From a candidate division WWE3 bacterium RIFCSPHIGHO2_02_FULL_38_14 (GTDB taxonomy: Bacteria; Patescibacteriota; WWE3; UBA101185; UBA10185), in the NCBI GenBank assembly GCA_001772865.1, contig MEVD01000014.1, forward strand, positions 2,214-66,213: 64,000 bases of DNA, given 5' to 3'. A model generated the notes under the pieces. It saw nothing but the letters and a program-made list of their open reading frames with translations. It had not been told where the DNA came from and did not search any database. Below are positions 37,589-47,219 of the stretch, in pieces. The position numbers and the translations under genes are program-made. Each line of letters opens with the position of its first letter. Positions within the stretch are counted from its first letter, which is position 1.

Positions 37589-38213
37589 CTCTCTTTTTCA
37601 GCTTATTAACAATGTTCTGATCATGAGAGGCCATAAGAATTGTCGTTCCTAGAGAATTAATTCTTTCCAAAATTTCCACTACTTCTTCCGTAGATTTAGG
37701 GTCAATCATTCCTGTGGGTTCATCCGCAACTAGTACATCCGGTTCATGAGCCAAAGCCCGGGCAATAGAAAGCCTTTGTTTTTCGCCGCCGGATAGCTGC
37801 TTGGGAAAATTAAACATTTTTTCCACCAGACCTACCATTGAAAGCACATTCGGAACAACATTTTTTATCACTTCTTCGGATGAGTCAACTACTTCAAGGG
37901 CGACCGCAACATTCTCAAATACGTTTTTTGAGTTTAACAACTTGAAGTCCTGAAATACAACTCCTATCTTTCTTCGTAAATCAGGAAGTTTCGATGACGG
38001 AAGTTCAGCTATAGGAACTTCATTAAATAATACTTCCCCTTCGGACGGAGTTTCCTCACGAATTAACATTTTAATAAATGTTGACTTGCCGGCACCTGAA
38101 GGACCCACCAGAAAAATAAATTCTCCGTCGTCTATAGACAAAGTTACATCGTCCAGAGCTTTAAACCCGGGTTCATATTCTTTTGTAACATTTCTAAATT
38201 CAATTTGAGACAT
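37503..38213 (-). CDS. ftsE: Cell division ABC ATPase FtsE
   Basis: Walker A GPSGAGKST, ABC signature LSGGEKQRLSIARAL, Walker B VLVADEPT. Confidence 0.85.
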   Translation of the reverse strand: MSQIEFRNVTKEYEPGFKALDDVTLSIDDGEFIFLVGPSGAGKSTFIKMLIREETPSEGEVLFNEVPIAELPSSKLPDLRRKIGVVFQDFKLLNSKNVFENVAVALEVVDSSEEVIKNVVPNVLSMVGLVEKMFNFPKQLSGGEKQRLSIARALAHEPDVLVADEPTGMIDPKSTEEVVEILERINSLGTTILMASHDQNIVNKLKKRVVRIEEGKIMSDKKGGRYYGQIMAKLLG

Positions 38214-38637
38214 TTACAATTACAACCTTGCTTACAATTAATATATTATTGCCCTCATCACTTGATTTAGTTAAAGATCCGTAAACTTTAGCTTTATGAC
38301 CCTCCGTTACCGCAAGCTTTTGATCATCGGATTTTAAAAGAATAACATCATTTCCTTCTTCATCCTTTAAAACAAAAGATATATTGTCTTTAGGGTACGT
38401 TCTGGGATTAACATAAGTAATGATTCCCTCATAAAACTTTTCAGCCGAGTTACCTATATTATTATTTAAACTTGTTGCATCATTTGTTTCAGGAATATTT
38501 AATGACATACTCATAAAATTTCCAAGAAGGAGGCCGATAGGAACAAAAATTATAAATATTAAAATTCCCAATTTTATCAGATTTGGCGCAGTTAATTTTT
38601 CAGTTTTATCATTAATTTGGGTGAGCAGGTTTGACAT
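38200..38637 (-). CDS. Hypothetical membrane-anchored protein, first gene of the ftsEX operon
   Basis: N-terminal TM helix; overlaps the ftsE start by 14 nt. Confidence 0.45.
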   Translation of the reverse strand: MSNLLTQINDKTEKLTAPNLIKLGILIFIIFVPIGLLLGNFMSMSLNIPETNDATSLNNNIGNSAEKFYEGIITYVNPRTYPKDNISFVLKDEEGNDVILLKSDDQKLAVTEGHKAKVYGSLTKSSDEGNNILIVSKVVIVNVSN

Positions 38638-38679
38638 AAGCAGATTAATTATACAGTTTCTTCCAAATCAAAGCGAGGA

Positions 38680-39147
38680 ATGTTTAAATTCAATTTCATT
38701 TATATACCAACGAATTATAACAGGGTTTTTGAATGTGATCTCATTTTAATTAAGCACAATTCCTGCGACTCTAAAACAACTCACACACTCTATTTCTACT
38801 GTAAAAAAGAGAATTATCTAATAACAATAGAAAGTACTTCAATATTAATAGAAACTCTGATAGAAAATAATGACAAAACCGAATACGGTTTGTATTTATC
38901 AATTAGTTTTTTAATTAAATATTTTAAGGCAAAAATAAGTAAAATAATTATTCTAAACTGCAGTTGCTGTCAAATATATATTGAACATAAGTTTAAACAA
39001 TTCCAAATTCACATAGCTTTAGAAGATGCACTAATATTGGCAAAACTTGATAATTGTAAAATGTATATGACTGAAAATATAATTTCGGATTTCGGAATTA
39101 AAATTACTAAAGAATTGTTGGAAAAAGCTTTAAATTCCAGCGATTAG
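38680..39147 (+). CDS. Hypothetical protein, low confidence
   Basis: AT-rich ORF, low complexity, no motifs. Confidence 0.25.
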   Translation: MFKFNFIYIPTNYNRVFECDLILIKHNSCDSKTTHTLYFYCKKENYLITIESTSILIETLIENNDKTEYGLYLSISFLIKYFKAKISKIIILNCSCCQIYIEHKFKQFQIHIALEDALILAKLDNCKMYMTENIISDFGIKITKELLEKALNSSD

Positions 39148-40223
39148 TCTAAGTAGGTATTTACTTTTTGCAAATGCTCTTCGTAAGTTACCGAATAATG
39201 AGTAACTCCGTCTTTGTCTGTAAGATAATAATTATATTGGGATTTTTCATGATTGAGAGCCGATTCCAATGCATTTAAGCCAAAACTGGAAATGGGAGCG
39301 GGCGGCAGCCCCGGGTTTTTTCTTGTATTGTACGGACTGTCAAAATCCAGATCATCTTTTTCCAGTATTTTGGGCCACCAATCCATTTCCAAAGAAAGAT
39401 TATATGAAGGACACACAACAGAATCAGGCACATTTACACAACCGACTTTACCTTTAGCTACCGCATATTGTGTGGTTGCGTCGGCTCCAACAAGTTCACC
39501 GGATTTTAGCCTTTTCACTAAAATCCCCGCAACTCTTGGCCTATCCTCCTTTTTACTAACTTCTCTTTCAATTATAGAAGCCAGTACAAAAGCTTCATTT
39601 TCCGTTAACTGTGCGTTTTCCAAAGCTTTAGGTGTCAATATTTTTTTTGTTTTCTCATCAAAAGTTTTTCTGAGCAAATCTATCAACTCGGACTCATTGA
39701 TTTGTGTATTTACCCAATAAGTATCCGGAAAAAGCTTTCCTTCCAAGTTAGCAGCCAGACTTACAAAATCTTCATAATCTATATTATCCAAATTTACCGC
39801 TGCATAGCCCGCTATTTCCTCAATTCTCCAACCTTCCAGAAATGTAAGCTTGATATCATCTTTCCCGTGCTCCAGCATTTCAACCAGACTGACCAAATTT
39901 GTTCCCGAGAGAATATTATACTTTCCGGCTTGAATATTTTTATCTTTATTGTTTAAAAAAACATAAACATTAAATAAGAATTCTGAGTTTATTGCACCCA
40001 GGCTACTTAACTTCCCTGAAACTTCCAGCACGCCATCGCCTTCTTTAATTTCAACTGTTACATCTTTTCCGATTTGATTAGGCCGGTTTACTGCGAAAGT
40101 GTAATATCCATAAATTAAAAGAGGAAATACAACCAAAACAATCGGAAGGCTTATTAGTAATAACTTTTGTCTAAGTCCGGCAGTTAAAATGTGATATTTA
40201 TTCGGATCCAGTTGTTCGGACAT
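39144..40223 (-). CDS. mltG: Endolytic murein transglycosylase MltG (YceG-like)
   Basis: N-terminal TM; SPYNTRKNPGLPPAPISS matches the YceG signature SPYNTY..GLPPGPI. Confidence 0.8.
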   Translation of the reverse strand: MSEQLDPNKYHILTAGLRQKLLLISLPIVLVVFPLLIYGYYTFAVNRPNQIGKDVTVEIKEGDGVLEVSGKLSSLGAINSEFLFNVYVFLNNKDKNIQAGKYNILSGTNLVSLVEMLEHGKDDIKLTFLEGWRIEEIAGYAAVNLDNIDYEDFVSLAANLEGKLFPDTYWVNTQINESELIDLLRKTFDEKTKKILTPKALENAQLTENEAFVLASIIEREVSKKEDRPRVAGILVKRLKSGELVGADATTQYAVAKGKVGCVNVPDSVVCPSYNLSLEMDWWPKILEKDDLDFDSPYNTRKNPGLPPAPISSFGLNALESALNHEKSQYNYYLTDKDGVTHYSVTYEEHLQKVNTYLD

Positions 40224-40269
40224 ACAGCTATATTAGCATAAAGTCAATTTTCAAGGTAAAATATGCGTT

Positions 40270-40610
40270 ACAGGAAGCAGAACGGTCGCTTTTGCCGCTT
40301 GCGGCAGGGGAGGAAAGTCCAGACTGCATAGAGCACGGGACGGAAGGCAACTTCCGACGGGTAACCGCTGGTGGCTCTAAACCGAAAGGTTTAGGGTACC
40401 TGGTGCGAATTGACGCACCCGGAGAGCAACAGAGACGATATTTGACCTAAACCTTAGGCATGGTCAAATTGTGAAACGGGCAATCCCACCCGCAGCAATC
40501 CACGATTTCACCGCAGAGCTTGCTCGGCGAGGTGTAAAGATGGAGCATAGATAGATGACCGTTAGTCCGCCATTGGCGGAGGAACAGAATCTGGCTTACT
40601 CGCTTCCTAT
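40270..40610 (+). ncRNA. rnpB: RNase P RNA, bacterial type A
   Basis: P1 GGAAGC...GCTTCC; conserved GGGGAGGAAAGTCC (P4 5' strand), GTGAAAC, and ACAGAATCTGGCTTA (P4 3' strand). High GC relative to the flanks. Confidence 0.85.
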
Positions 40611-40621
40611 TTAAAGGGTTT

Positions 40622-41614
40622 TTACTCCGCAGAATATCTTAAAATTCTTTTCACAATTATTACAAGAATAATGGTAGTGGGAATTGCTAGAACCGCACCT
40701 ACTATCCCAAAAAAATTACTTCCGATAAGAAGTGCCAAAAGAATAACCAGCGGACTAAATCCAGAAACGCGCCCCATCACTTTAGGCACTATAATATTAT
40801 TTTCCAGCTGCTGGATGATAATATACAAACCTACAACCATAAGTCCTTTAACCGGAGATACCGAAAATCCGATTATTGCAGCCACTATAGCTGACAACAA
40901 AGGACCTATCATGGGAACAGCCTCCAAAATTCCGGATACCAAACCAAGCGCCAAAGGGTATGGAACTTGTAAAATGGTCAATCCGACAACGCTCGCTGAT
41001 CCTACGAGAAACATTAAAAACGCCTGGCCTTTTAGCCAGTGGCCGACACTTATTTCTATCTCGGTAATCGTATCCTGCACTAAATCCTTAAATTTCCTGG
41101 GAATGACCGATAATAACCGCTTTTTTAAATTTGGCCAGTCCAAAGACATATAAATAGATATAACCAGCAAGGTGAAAAAAGTTGCAACGTTGGTAAATAT
41201 TGAAATTGTTACATTTAAAAATCCGCTTGATACACTGGTAGCCTGAGGCAATAGGGAAGTAAGTGATAGATCGGCGCTTTCACTCAACTTAAACTTTTCT
41301 AGTATAAAAGCCAAATTTGTAAGCAGAGTTTGAGCCTGAGTAATAACCGGAGGAACTACTAAGGTTAAAACTACAAAAATCAGTAAAATAACCATAGCAT
41401 AAACCATTATTACCGCAAGACTTCTTGGTAAAGGTCTATTAAATAATGTCTGTTTCATTAAAGTTTGAACTGAATTTTCAAGTGAGATCATTAAAATCGC
41501 TGCTATACAAATAATGGCCAAAATAGGACCCATTCTATAAATTATATATACAACCAGAAAAAGCAGCAGGGTAAATAAGACAGTTTTAATTGATATGACT
41601 ATTTCTTTATCCAC
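40622..41614 (-). CDS. AI-2E family transporter (PerM/UPF0118-like)
   Basis: 8 predicted TM helices, about 330 aa. Architecture typical of AI-2E permeases. Confidence 0.5.
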   Translation of the reverse strand: MDKEIVISIKTVLFTLLLFLVVYIIYRMGPILAIICIAAILMISLENSVQTLMKQTLFNRPLPRSLAVIMVYAMVILLIFVVLTLVVPPVITQAQTLLTNLAFILEKFKLSESADLSLTSLLPQATSVSSGFLNVTISIFTNVATFFTLLVISIYMSLDWPNLKKRLLSVIPRKFKDLVQDTITEIEISVGHWLKGQAFLMFLVGSASVVGLTILQVPYPLALGLVSGILEAVPMIGPLLSAIVAAIIGFSVSPVKGLMVVGLYIIIQQLENNIIVPKVMGRVSGFSPLVILLALLIGSNFFGIVGAVLAIPTTIILVIIVKRILRYSAE

Positions 41615-42551
41615 AATTTAATTCTACAAAATCTTCTACCTTTTGCCTATAATTACTTGACTCAATATCAAACCATTCAATTTTACTGTTTCTTTTAAAC
41701 CATGTCTGCTGCCGCCTGATATAAGCGTGTAAATCAAATTTAGCCCGTTGTTTTGCTTCTCCCTCTTTTACCAGACCTTCTAAAAACACTTTTGCGCTTT
41801 TATACACCAGACCATTTAACCTAAGCGAATTATAAAAACCCATTTGTTTAAGTTTATTAATCTCCAATAGCAATTCTTCCCAAATATTATCTATCCAGTT
41901 ATCTGCAGTTGAATACAAATTTTCCCGGGAGGTGGTTAAGCCGATATATTTATATTTAAACTCATTTCCTACTGATTTTTTACCGGTAATAACGCCGGTT
42001 TTACGGGCTGATTCGATTTCAATTGCGCGAACCAGACGGTTTTTATTTTTCCGGTCTATCAATTGGAATTTTTCTTTATTCAATCTTTTCAATTCCCGGC
42101 AAAGTTCCTCCAGCGTTAGATTTTCCAGCTGTTTTCTTAAATCTGGATCCAATCCTACGTGTGCAGTAACAGCTCTGTTTGTGACCAGATCAATATAAAA
42201 ACCCGTACCCCCTGCAATAAATATATTACCTACTTTAAACATATTCAAAATCTCTCGTGCATATATTAAAAAATCATACCCGGAATAATATTTATCCGGG
42301 TCTATAAGGTCATAACCCCGGATATTAATTCCGTCCACTTTCCAACAACCATCATTTTTTTCCACTGATAAACCGCTTTCTAATGGAACTTTCCCAGTAC
42401 CTATATCCATATATTTCACGATTTGCCTGGAATCAGCAGAGAGAATGCTTCCATTAAATTTTCTGCACAGCTGAAGCGCTAAAGAGGTTTTCCCCGTGCA
42501 TGTTGGCCCTAATATAATAAAAACGGGTTTTTTCATGAGCGAATTATACAT
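41607..42551 (-). CDS. miaA: tRNA dimethylallyltransferase
   Basis: P-loop GPTCTGKTS; ADSRQIVKYMDIGTGK. Confidence 0.8.
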   Translation of the reverse strand: MYNSLMKKPVFIILGPTCTGKTSLALQLCRKFNGSILSADSRQIVKYMDIGTGKVPLESGLSVEKNDGCWKVDGINIRGYDLIDPDKYYSGYDFLIYAREILNMFKVGNIFIAGGTGFYIDLVTNRAVTAHVGLDPDLRKQLENLTLEELCRELKRLNKEKFQLIDRKNKNRLVRAIEIESARKTGVITGKKSVGNEFKYKYIGLTTSRENLYSTADNWIDNIWEELLLEINKLKQMGFYNSLRLNGLVYKSAKVFLEGLVKEGEAKQRAKFDLHAYIRRQQTWFKRNSKIEWFDIESSNYRQKVEDFVELNCG

Positions 42552-42572
42552 GCAAAAATATTAGGTATTAAA

Positions 42573-43787
42573 TTAAATTCCGTTTTTGTATTTTTTCCAA
42601 ACTGAAGTTAAATATGCATGGCGCCATTTTTTCTCCTTAAGCGGAACATCGTCTTTAAAAAACCTCTCGGCCGGAGTTCCTTTTCTGGGAGAATACATTG
42701 AAATATAGGCAACATTAAAGTTTATCTTTTCAAATAGCCTAACGGTATCTAAAAACTGCTCCCTGGTTTCCCCGGGAAAACCTACAATTATATCGGTGCC
42801 AAGCTCAATATTCGGTTTTGCTCCTTTGATTCTATCAATTAAATTTATAAAATCTTCAACTGTATGCCTTCTGTTCATGTTTTTTAAAACTGTATTATTT
42901 CCTGACTGAACCGCGATATGCAAATACCTTGATATTTTAGGAAGCTTTAAAGTTTCTACTAAATCATTAGTAAAATCAAAAGGATTGGATGAAATAAATC
43001 CGATTTTTTCTATTTCATTAATATTGTGTATTTTTTTAAGCAAGCTTGTAAAAGGTATTTTTTGGTCGCTTCCGGTTCTGATTTCCATTTTTTTGGTCAT
43101 ACTTAAACCCCAGGAGTTAACATTTTGTCCGCAAAGAGTTATCTCTTTTATTCCACGACCGGCAAAATGACGGATTTCTTTTAAAATATCATTTTCTGAA
43201 CGCGATACTTCTTTCCCACGGGAATAAGGAACTACACAGAAAGTACAAAAGTTATCACAACCGTAAGAAATATTTACAAAAGCATGAGTAGGATTGTCCT
43301 GCTTTGATAAGACTTTGGCAGAGTCAAATTTCTGCACAGCCCAGTCACTTAGCAGCGAATTTTTAAGCAGAATCTCCGGTATATTCATAATTTGAGAGGG
43401 GTTAATATAAACATCAACCCATGGGGTTTTCTTTTTCAGCACTTCAAAAGCATATCTTTGTCTTTCTCCGGTTACCGAACCTACCATACATCCGGCCATA
43501 ACTATAAAAGGCTTTTTGCGGGCATCCTTTTCTGCAAGTTTTAGCATTTTCCCCAAACCGTAAACTTTGTCTTCACTTTTTTGCCTAACAGAACAAGTAT
43601 TCATTATTAACACATCGGTGCTGATCGCTGTATTATAAAATGTTTCATCGTCATTTGAACCGATAATTTTTTCGGCTTCTTCTAATCCCAAAGCTTCCAA
43701 AACACCCGAAATGGTATTCGAATCGGCTATATTGGCCTGGCATCCGAACGTTTTAATAGAATATGTTTTTATTTTAGAATCGTTCAC
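42573..43787 (-). CDS. miaB: Radical-SAM tRNA methylthiotransferase (MiaB/RimO family)
   Basis: N-terminal MTTase domain; radical SAM CDNFCTFC; TRAM-like C-terminus. Adjacent to miaA. Confidence 0.75.
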   Translation of the reverse strand: MNDSKIKTYSIKTFGCQANIADSNTISGVLEALGLEEAEKIIGSNDDETFYNTAISTDVLIMNTCSVRQKSEDKVYGLGKMLKLAEKDARKKPFIVMAGCMVGSVTGERQRYAFEVLKKKTPWVDVYINPSQIMNIPEILLKNSLLSDWAVQKFDSAKVLSKQDNPTHAFVNISYGCDNFCTFCVVPYSRGKEVSRSENDILKEIRHFAGRGIKEITLCGQNVNSWGLSMTKKMEIRTGSDQKIPFTSLLKKIHNINEIEKIGFISSNPFDFTNDLVETLKLPKISRYLHIAVQSGNNTVLKNMNRRHTVEDFINLIDRIKGAKPNIELGTDIIVGFPGETREQFLDTVRLFEKINFNVAYISMYSPRKGTPAERFFKDDVPLKEKKWRHAYLTSVWKKYKNGI

Positions 43788-43847
43788 AATGTGATTATAC
43801 CAAGTTAATTTAAAGTAAAATCGGAAGTTAATTGTATCTAATTACAT

Positions 43848-44207
43848 CTAAATAAGCCGCCAGCCGTTTTCGGCATGATCTCTTGGTATTAAAAAAACAG
43901 GTTTCCCATTATCAGGAGTGTCAAATGCCAAAATCATGCCATGAGATTCCTCACCCATCATTTTTCGAGGTTTTATATTGGTTAAGAAAATTGTCTGCAC
44001 TCCTGTCAAATCCTTCGGTTTATACCATCTTGCCATACCTGTAAAAATATTTCTGATCTCACCACTGCCAAAATCAACTCTCAGCTTTAATAATTTGTCG
44101 GAATCTTTAACATTTTCGCACAATATTATTGTCCCGGCTCTTATTTCAAGTTTTTGCAAGTCCTCAGATTCAACATTCATAAAGGTCATTATATCACTGA
44201 ATATCAC
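43848..44207 (-). CDS. tRNA-binding domain protein (CsaA/EMAP-II/Myf-like OB fold)
   Basis: LEIRAGTIILCENVKDSDKLLKLRVDFG...IVAG-type tRNA_bind motif. Confidence 0.65.
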   Translation of the reverse strand: MIFSDIMTFMNVESEDLQKLEIRAGTIILCENVKDSDKLLKLRVDFGSGEIRNIFTGMARWYKPKDLTGVQTIFLTNIKPRKMMGEESHGMILAFDTPDNGKPVFLIPRDHAENGWRLI

Positions 44208-44226
44208 TGGTAGGTTTTTTGAATAT

Positions 44227-44772
44227 CTATTCTCGTCTTAGCTCTTTATATAGATCTCTCAGTTCTCTCATGTCTTCTTTAACTGTATTTTTGTAGTAGT
44301 TCCTTATTTCCACAACATCCGTTTTATACTTTTTTAACTCTTCAACAGCTAGCATTAGTTTTTCTCTGAACTGTCCCTGCGATTCTCCGCAAGTGTAAGA
44401 TTTGGTTTCCATTAACAAAGAAATAAAGGAAGAGTAATCCTCCCACGCTTTAGTTAATAAGTCACTTAAAACTATTAAATCCGATTGCAATTTATTAATA
44501 ACTAAGCCTTTTTCACTCATCCAATCAATAAGATCTTCTACTTTTCTAACTAATGCTTCATAAATATTCTTATGATATTCCTTATTTTGTTCAAATAATT
44601 GGATCCGGGCGTCTATTCTGTTGTTAAGTATTTCGCACCCGTTATCACGAATATCCTCACTCTTTTGCAATCTGTTATCAGCATGAGACAAAGCCAGAAC
44701 ATCGGTTTTCCCAATAATTAAAGGTAAAAGTGAAGAAAGAAAAACTAATGAAAGTTTTTTTGTTTTTTGCAT
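44227..44772 (-). CDS. Hypothetical secreted coiled-coil protein
   Basis: Signal peptide; helical low complexity. Confidence 0.45.
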   Translation of the reverse strand: MQKTKKLSLVFLSSLLPLIIGKTDVLALSHADNRLQKSEDIRDNGCEILNNRIDARIQLFEQNKEYHKNIYEALVRKVEDLIDWMSEKGLVINKLQSDLIVLSDLLTKAWEDYSSFISLLMETKSYTCGESQGQFREKLMLAVEELKKYKTDVVEIRNYYKNTVKEDMRELRDLYKELRRE

Positions 44773-44852
44773 AATGAATACCTCCCAATATAAAAGATAC
44801 CAAAGTTTACAAATATGGACAAACTATACCAGAAATTGATATAAATAACTTA

Positions 44853-45149
44853 TTGCGTGCCTTAAATAAAAAATATATTTTATTGACATTTGCCTTTTTT
44901 GCTGTAGTCCTTATGTCACTGACTGCAGTTTTAGTTATAACTAAAAAGAATAACCCTGATACTCCACCTCCTCCGCCATATGTTAAAAAAGAATCAAAGC
45001 AGAGAATAATCTATAATCCCGAAAGCGATTTGGCTACCATTAAGGAAGATTGCCGCGAAAGAGGGGGGATATTTAACTCCTGCGGCTCTTACTGTGAAGG
45101 AGATGAGATTTGTATCCAGATCTGCGCGTATACTTGCGAATTTAAATGA
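44853..45149 (+). CDS. Small membrane-anchored Cys-rich protein, 98 aa
   Basis: TM helix, PPPPPY linker, C-terminal CRERGGIFNSCGSYCEGDEICIQICAYTCEF with 8 Cys. Confidence 0.4.
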   Translation: MRALNKKYILLTFAFFAVVLMSLTAVLVITKKNNPDTPPPPPYVKKESKQRIIYNPESDLATIKEDCRERGGIFNSCGSYCEGDEICIQICAYTCEFK

Positions 45150-45171
45150 TGTAAGCTAACATACCTCTGCT

Positions 45172-45324
45172 ATGCCTAAAAGAGTTTGGCAACCTAAAAA
45201 ACTTAAAAGAGTAAAAAAGCACGGATTTTTGAAAAGAATGTCCACAAAAAGCGGTAAAAACGTTTTAAAAAGGCGAAAAGCCAAGGGAAGAAAAGTGCTT
45301 GCAAGAATATATAAAGGCAAATGA
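45172..45324 (+). CDS. rpmH: 50S ribosomal protein L34
   Basis: Translated by hand as [50 protein letters not shown], 50 aa. Under 60 aa, so absent from the ORF track. Overlaps the rnpA start by 4 nt. Confidence 0.85.
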   Translation: MPKRVWQPKKLKRVKKHGFLKRMSTKSGKNVLKRRKAKGRKVLARIYKGK

Positions 45325-45698
45325 TGCTGAAAAAGCAACATAGACTCTCCACCGATTACGAATTTAATATAACCAGAAAATACGGTAAAAATTTAGTTTC
45401 AAAATTTTTTTACTTATATGTATTAAAACCTAAAAATTATGAAGGTCCACCCAAAATAGGTATAATAGTTTCGAATAAATTCGATAAGTCTGCAGCTAAA
45501 AGAAACAGAATTAAGCGGGTTTACCGGGAAATTATCAGAAATAATCTGGATAAGATTCCCTCCAATTTATGGATAATAGTATACCCAAAAACTATCAGCA
45601 GGGAAGCTGAATATGAAGAAATTAATACTGAATTTACTGACATTCTACAAAAAGAATTTATCTCCGGGCAGGTTCGGAATAAAGATATGCAGGTATGA
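45321..45698 (+). CDS. rnpA: Ribonuclease P protein component
   Basis: Position immediately after rpmH; basic RnpA-like sequence ([13 protein letters not shown]...). Confidence 0.8.
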   Translation: MMLKKQHRLSTDYEFNITRKYGKNLVSKFFYLYVLKPKNYEGPPKIGIIVSNKFDKSAAKRNRIKRVYREIIRNNLDKIPSNLWIIVYPKTISREAEYEEINTEFTDILQKEFISGQVRNKDMQV

Positions 45699-45828
45699 AC
45701 CAAGCTGTTCCAGGTATACTTTCGAAGCAATAAATAAGTACGGAGTATTTAAAGGGGGATTAATGGGTTTATGGAGAGTTTTAAGGTGCAATCCTTTCAG
45801 CAAAGGCGGATATGATCCAGTCAAATGA
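45613..45828 (+). CDS. yidD: Membrane protein insertion efficiency factor YidD
   Basis: [10 protein letters not shown] motif. Overlaps the rnpA 3' end in another frame, as is common. Confidence 0.8.
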   Translation: MKKLILNLLTFYKKNLSPGRFGIKICRYEPSCSRYTFEAINKYGVFKGGLMGLWRVLRCNPFSKGGYDPVK

Positions 45829-45860
45829 TAAGCATTTACACCGCATGATAAAATAGAGCA

Positions 45861-46652
45861 ATGCCTGAGCTTTGGAACAATTTACTTGTCAATCCGTTGT
45901 TTAATATGATTTTCGTTTTTTACAGATTTACCGGAAGTCTTGGAGTTTCAATAATCTTTCTGACTTTGTTAATCAGAGCTGTATTAGTTCCCGTAATGCT
46001 GCCGTCTCTTAAAACATTAAAAAAGCAGCAGGACCTTCAGCCTGAAATAGAAAAAATAAAATCAAAATTCAAGCACGACAAAAAGAAGCAGGCGGAAATG
46101 CAGATGGAGCTGTTTAAAAAACACGGTATAAATCCGGCATCGGGTTGCTCTACTCAAATAATTATGATTCTGGTCTTAATAGCCCTCTACGGAGTAATCA
46201 GAACAATTACAATGGGAACAAGCATAGAAGAGCTTAACGCCCATGTATACATCAACTCTTTAAAACTGACTGAAGGAGAAAGCATAAACACTAACTTTCT
46301 ATATTTGGACCTGGCTAAACCCGATCCGTTATTTATTCTTGCGATTTTAGCCGGATTATTTCAGCTTATTTCATCTAAAATGACCATGCCTTATGTTGAA
46401 CAGGGAGAAAAAGCCGCTAAAAAAACTCCCGGTAAATCTGATGACCTTGCTTATAATATGCAGCAGCAAATGTTATACACAATGCCTATTATGAACGTCC
46501 TTATAGGCTTGACACTGCCTTCAGGAGTGGTATTGTACATGGTTGTTACTACTATTTTCTCTATTGCCCAAAGTTATTTTGTATCCGGTTGGGGAGGATT
46601 AAAACCCTGGATCCATAAAGCGCAAAAAGTGCTAAAGCCAAGAACCGTATAA
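45861..46652 (+). CDS. yidC: Membrane protein insertase YidC/Oxa1, short Gram-positive-type form
   Basis: 5-TM 60KD_IMP-like core; conserved position after yidD. Confidence 0.75.
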   Translation: MPELWNNLLVNPLFNMIFVFYRFTGSLGVSIIFLTLLIRAVLVPVMLPSLKTLKKQQDLQPEIEKIKSKFKHDKKKQAEMQMELFKKHGINPASGCSTQIIMILVLIALYGVIRTITMGTSIEELNAHVYINSLKLTEGESINTNFLYLDLAKPDPLFILAILAGLFQLISSKMTMPYVEQGEKAAKKTPGKSDDLAYNMQQQMLYTMPIMNVLIGLTLPSGVVLYMVVTTIFSIAQSYFVSGWGGLKPWIHKAQKVLKPRTV

Positions 46653-46668
46653 TGCGGACTGTCATAGA

Positions 46669-47124
46669 ATGACCGACAAAGAAGAAATAATTAAAAATAA
46701 ATTAAATGCAATTTGTAAATATATTGGAGTTGCCCCCGAAATATCAATTAAGCCGGAGGATAATAATTTATATATGGTGGATATTTCCGGAAATGATCTT
46801 AGTTTTATTATCGGGTATAGAGGAGAATCACTGGACGCCCTTCAAAATTTGGTTAATCAAATGATCTTTAAACAGTTAAATGAGTGGGTTCAAGTTGTAA
46901 TAGATATAAACGGATATAAAAATCAAAAACAAGGTAAAATTGAACAAATTGCTAAAAGGTTTATTGACAAGGTAAGATTTTTAGGACACGAAGTAGACCT
47001 TCCTCCAATGGAAGCGTATGAAAGAAGATTTGTTCACATGCTTCTTTCACAATACGATGACGTTGAGTCCGAAAGCAGGGGAGAGGGACGCAACAGACGA
47101 GTAGTTATCAAGCCAAAGAAATAA
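46669..47124 (+). CDS. jag: Jag/KhpB-like RNA-binding protein (KH + R3H)
   Basis: R3H motif FVHMLLSQYDDVESES; conserved position after yidC. Confidence 0.7.
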   Translation: MTDKEEIIKNKLNAICKYIGVAPEISIKPEDNNLYMVDISGNDLSFIIGYRGESLDALQNLVNQMIFKQLNEWVQVVIDINGYKNQKQGKIEQIAKRFIDKVRFLGHEVDLPPMEAYERRFVHMLLSQYDDVESESRGEGRNRRVVIKPKK

Positions 47125-47219
47125 TACTTTTGGATATATTAACAAGAAGTTTGAAAATATATTTGTGAGATCGCCCTGCGAATACAGCTACGATCGAAGA
47201 AATATATTTTCCAAGAACT

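Noticed and set aside
45156-45341. Minus-strand 61-aa ORF
   Set aside because: It exactly overlaps rpmH (L34) on the opposite strand, and the L34 translation is unmistakable.
47125-47219. Possible oriC/DnaA-box cluster between jag and dnaN
   Set aside because: There are no TTATCCACA-like 9-mers and no AT-rich 13-mer repeats in the 95-nt spacer.
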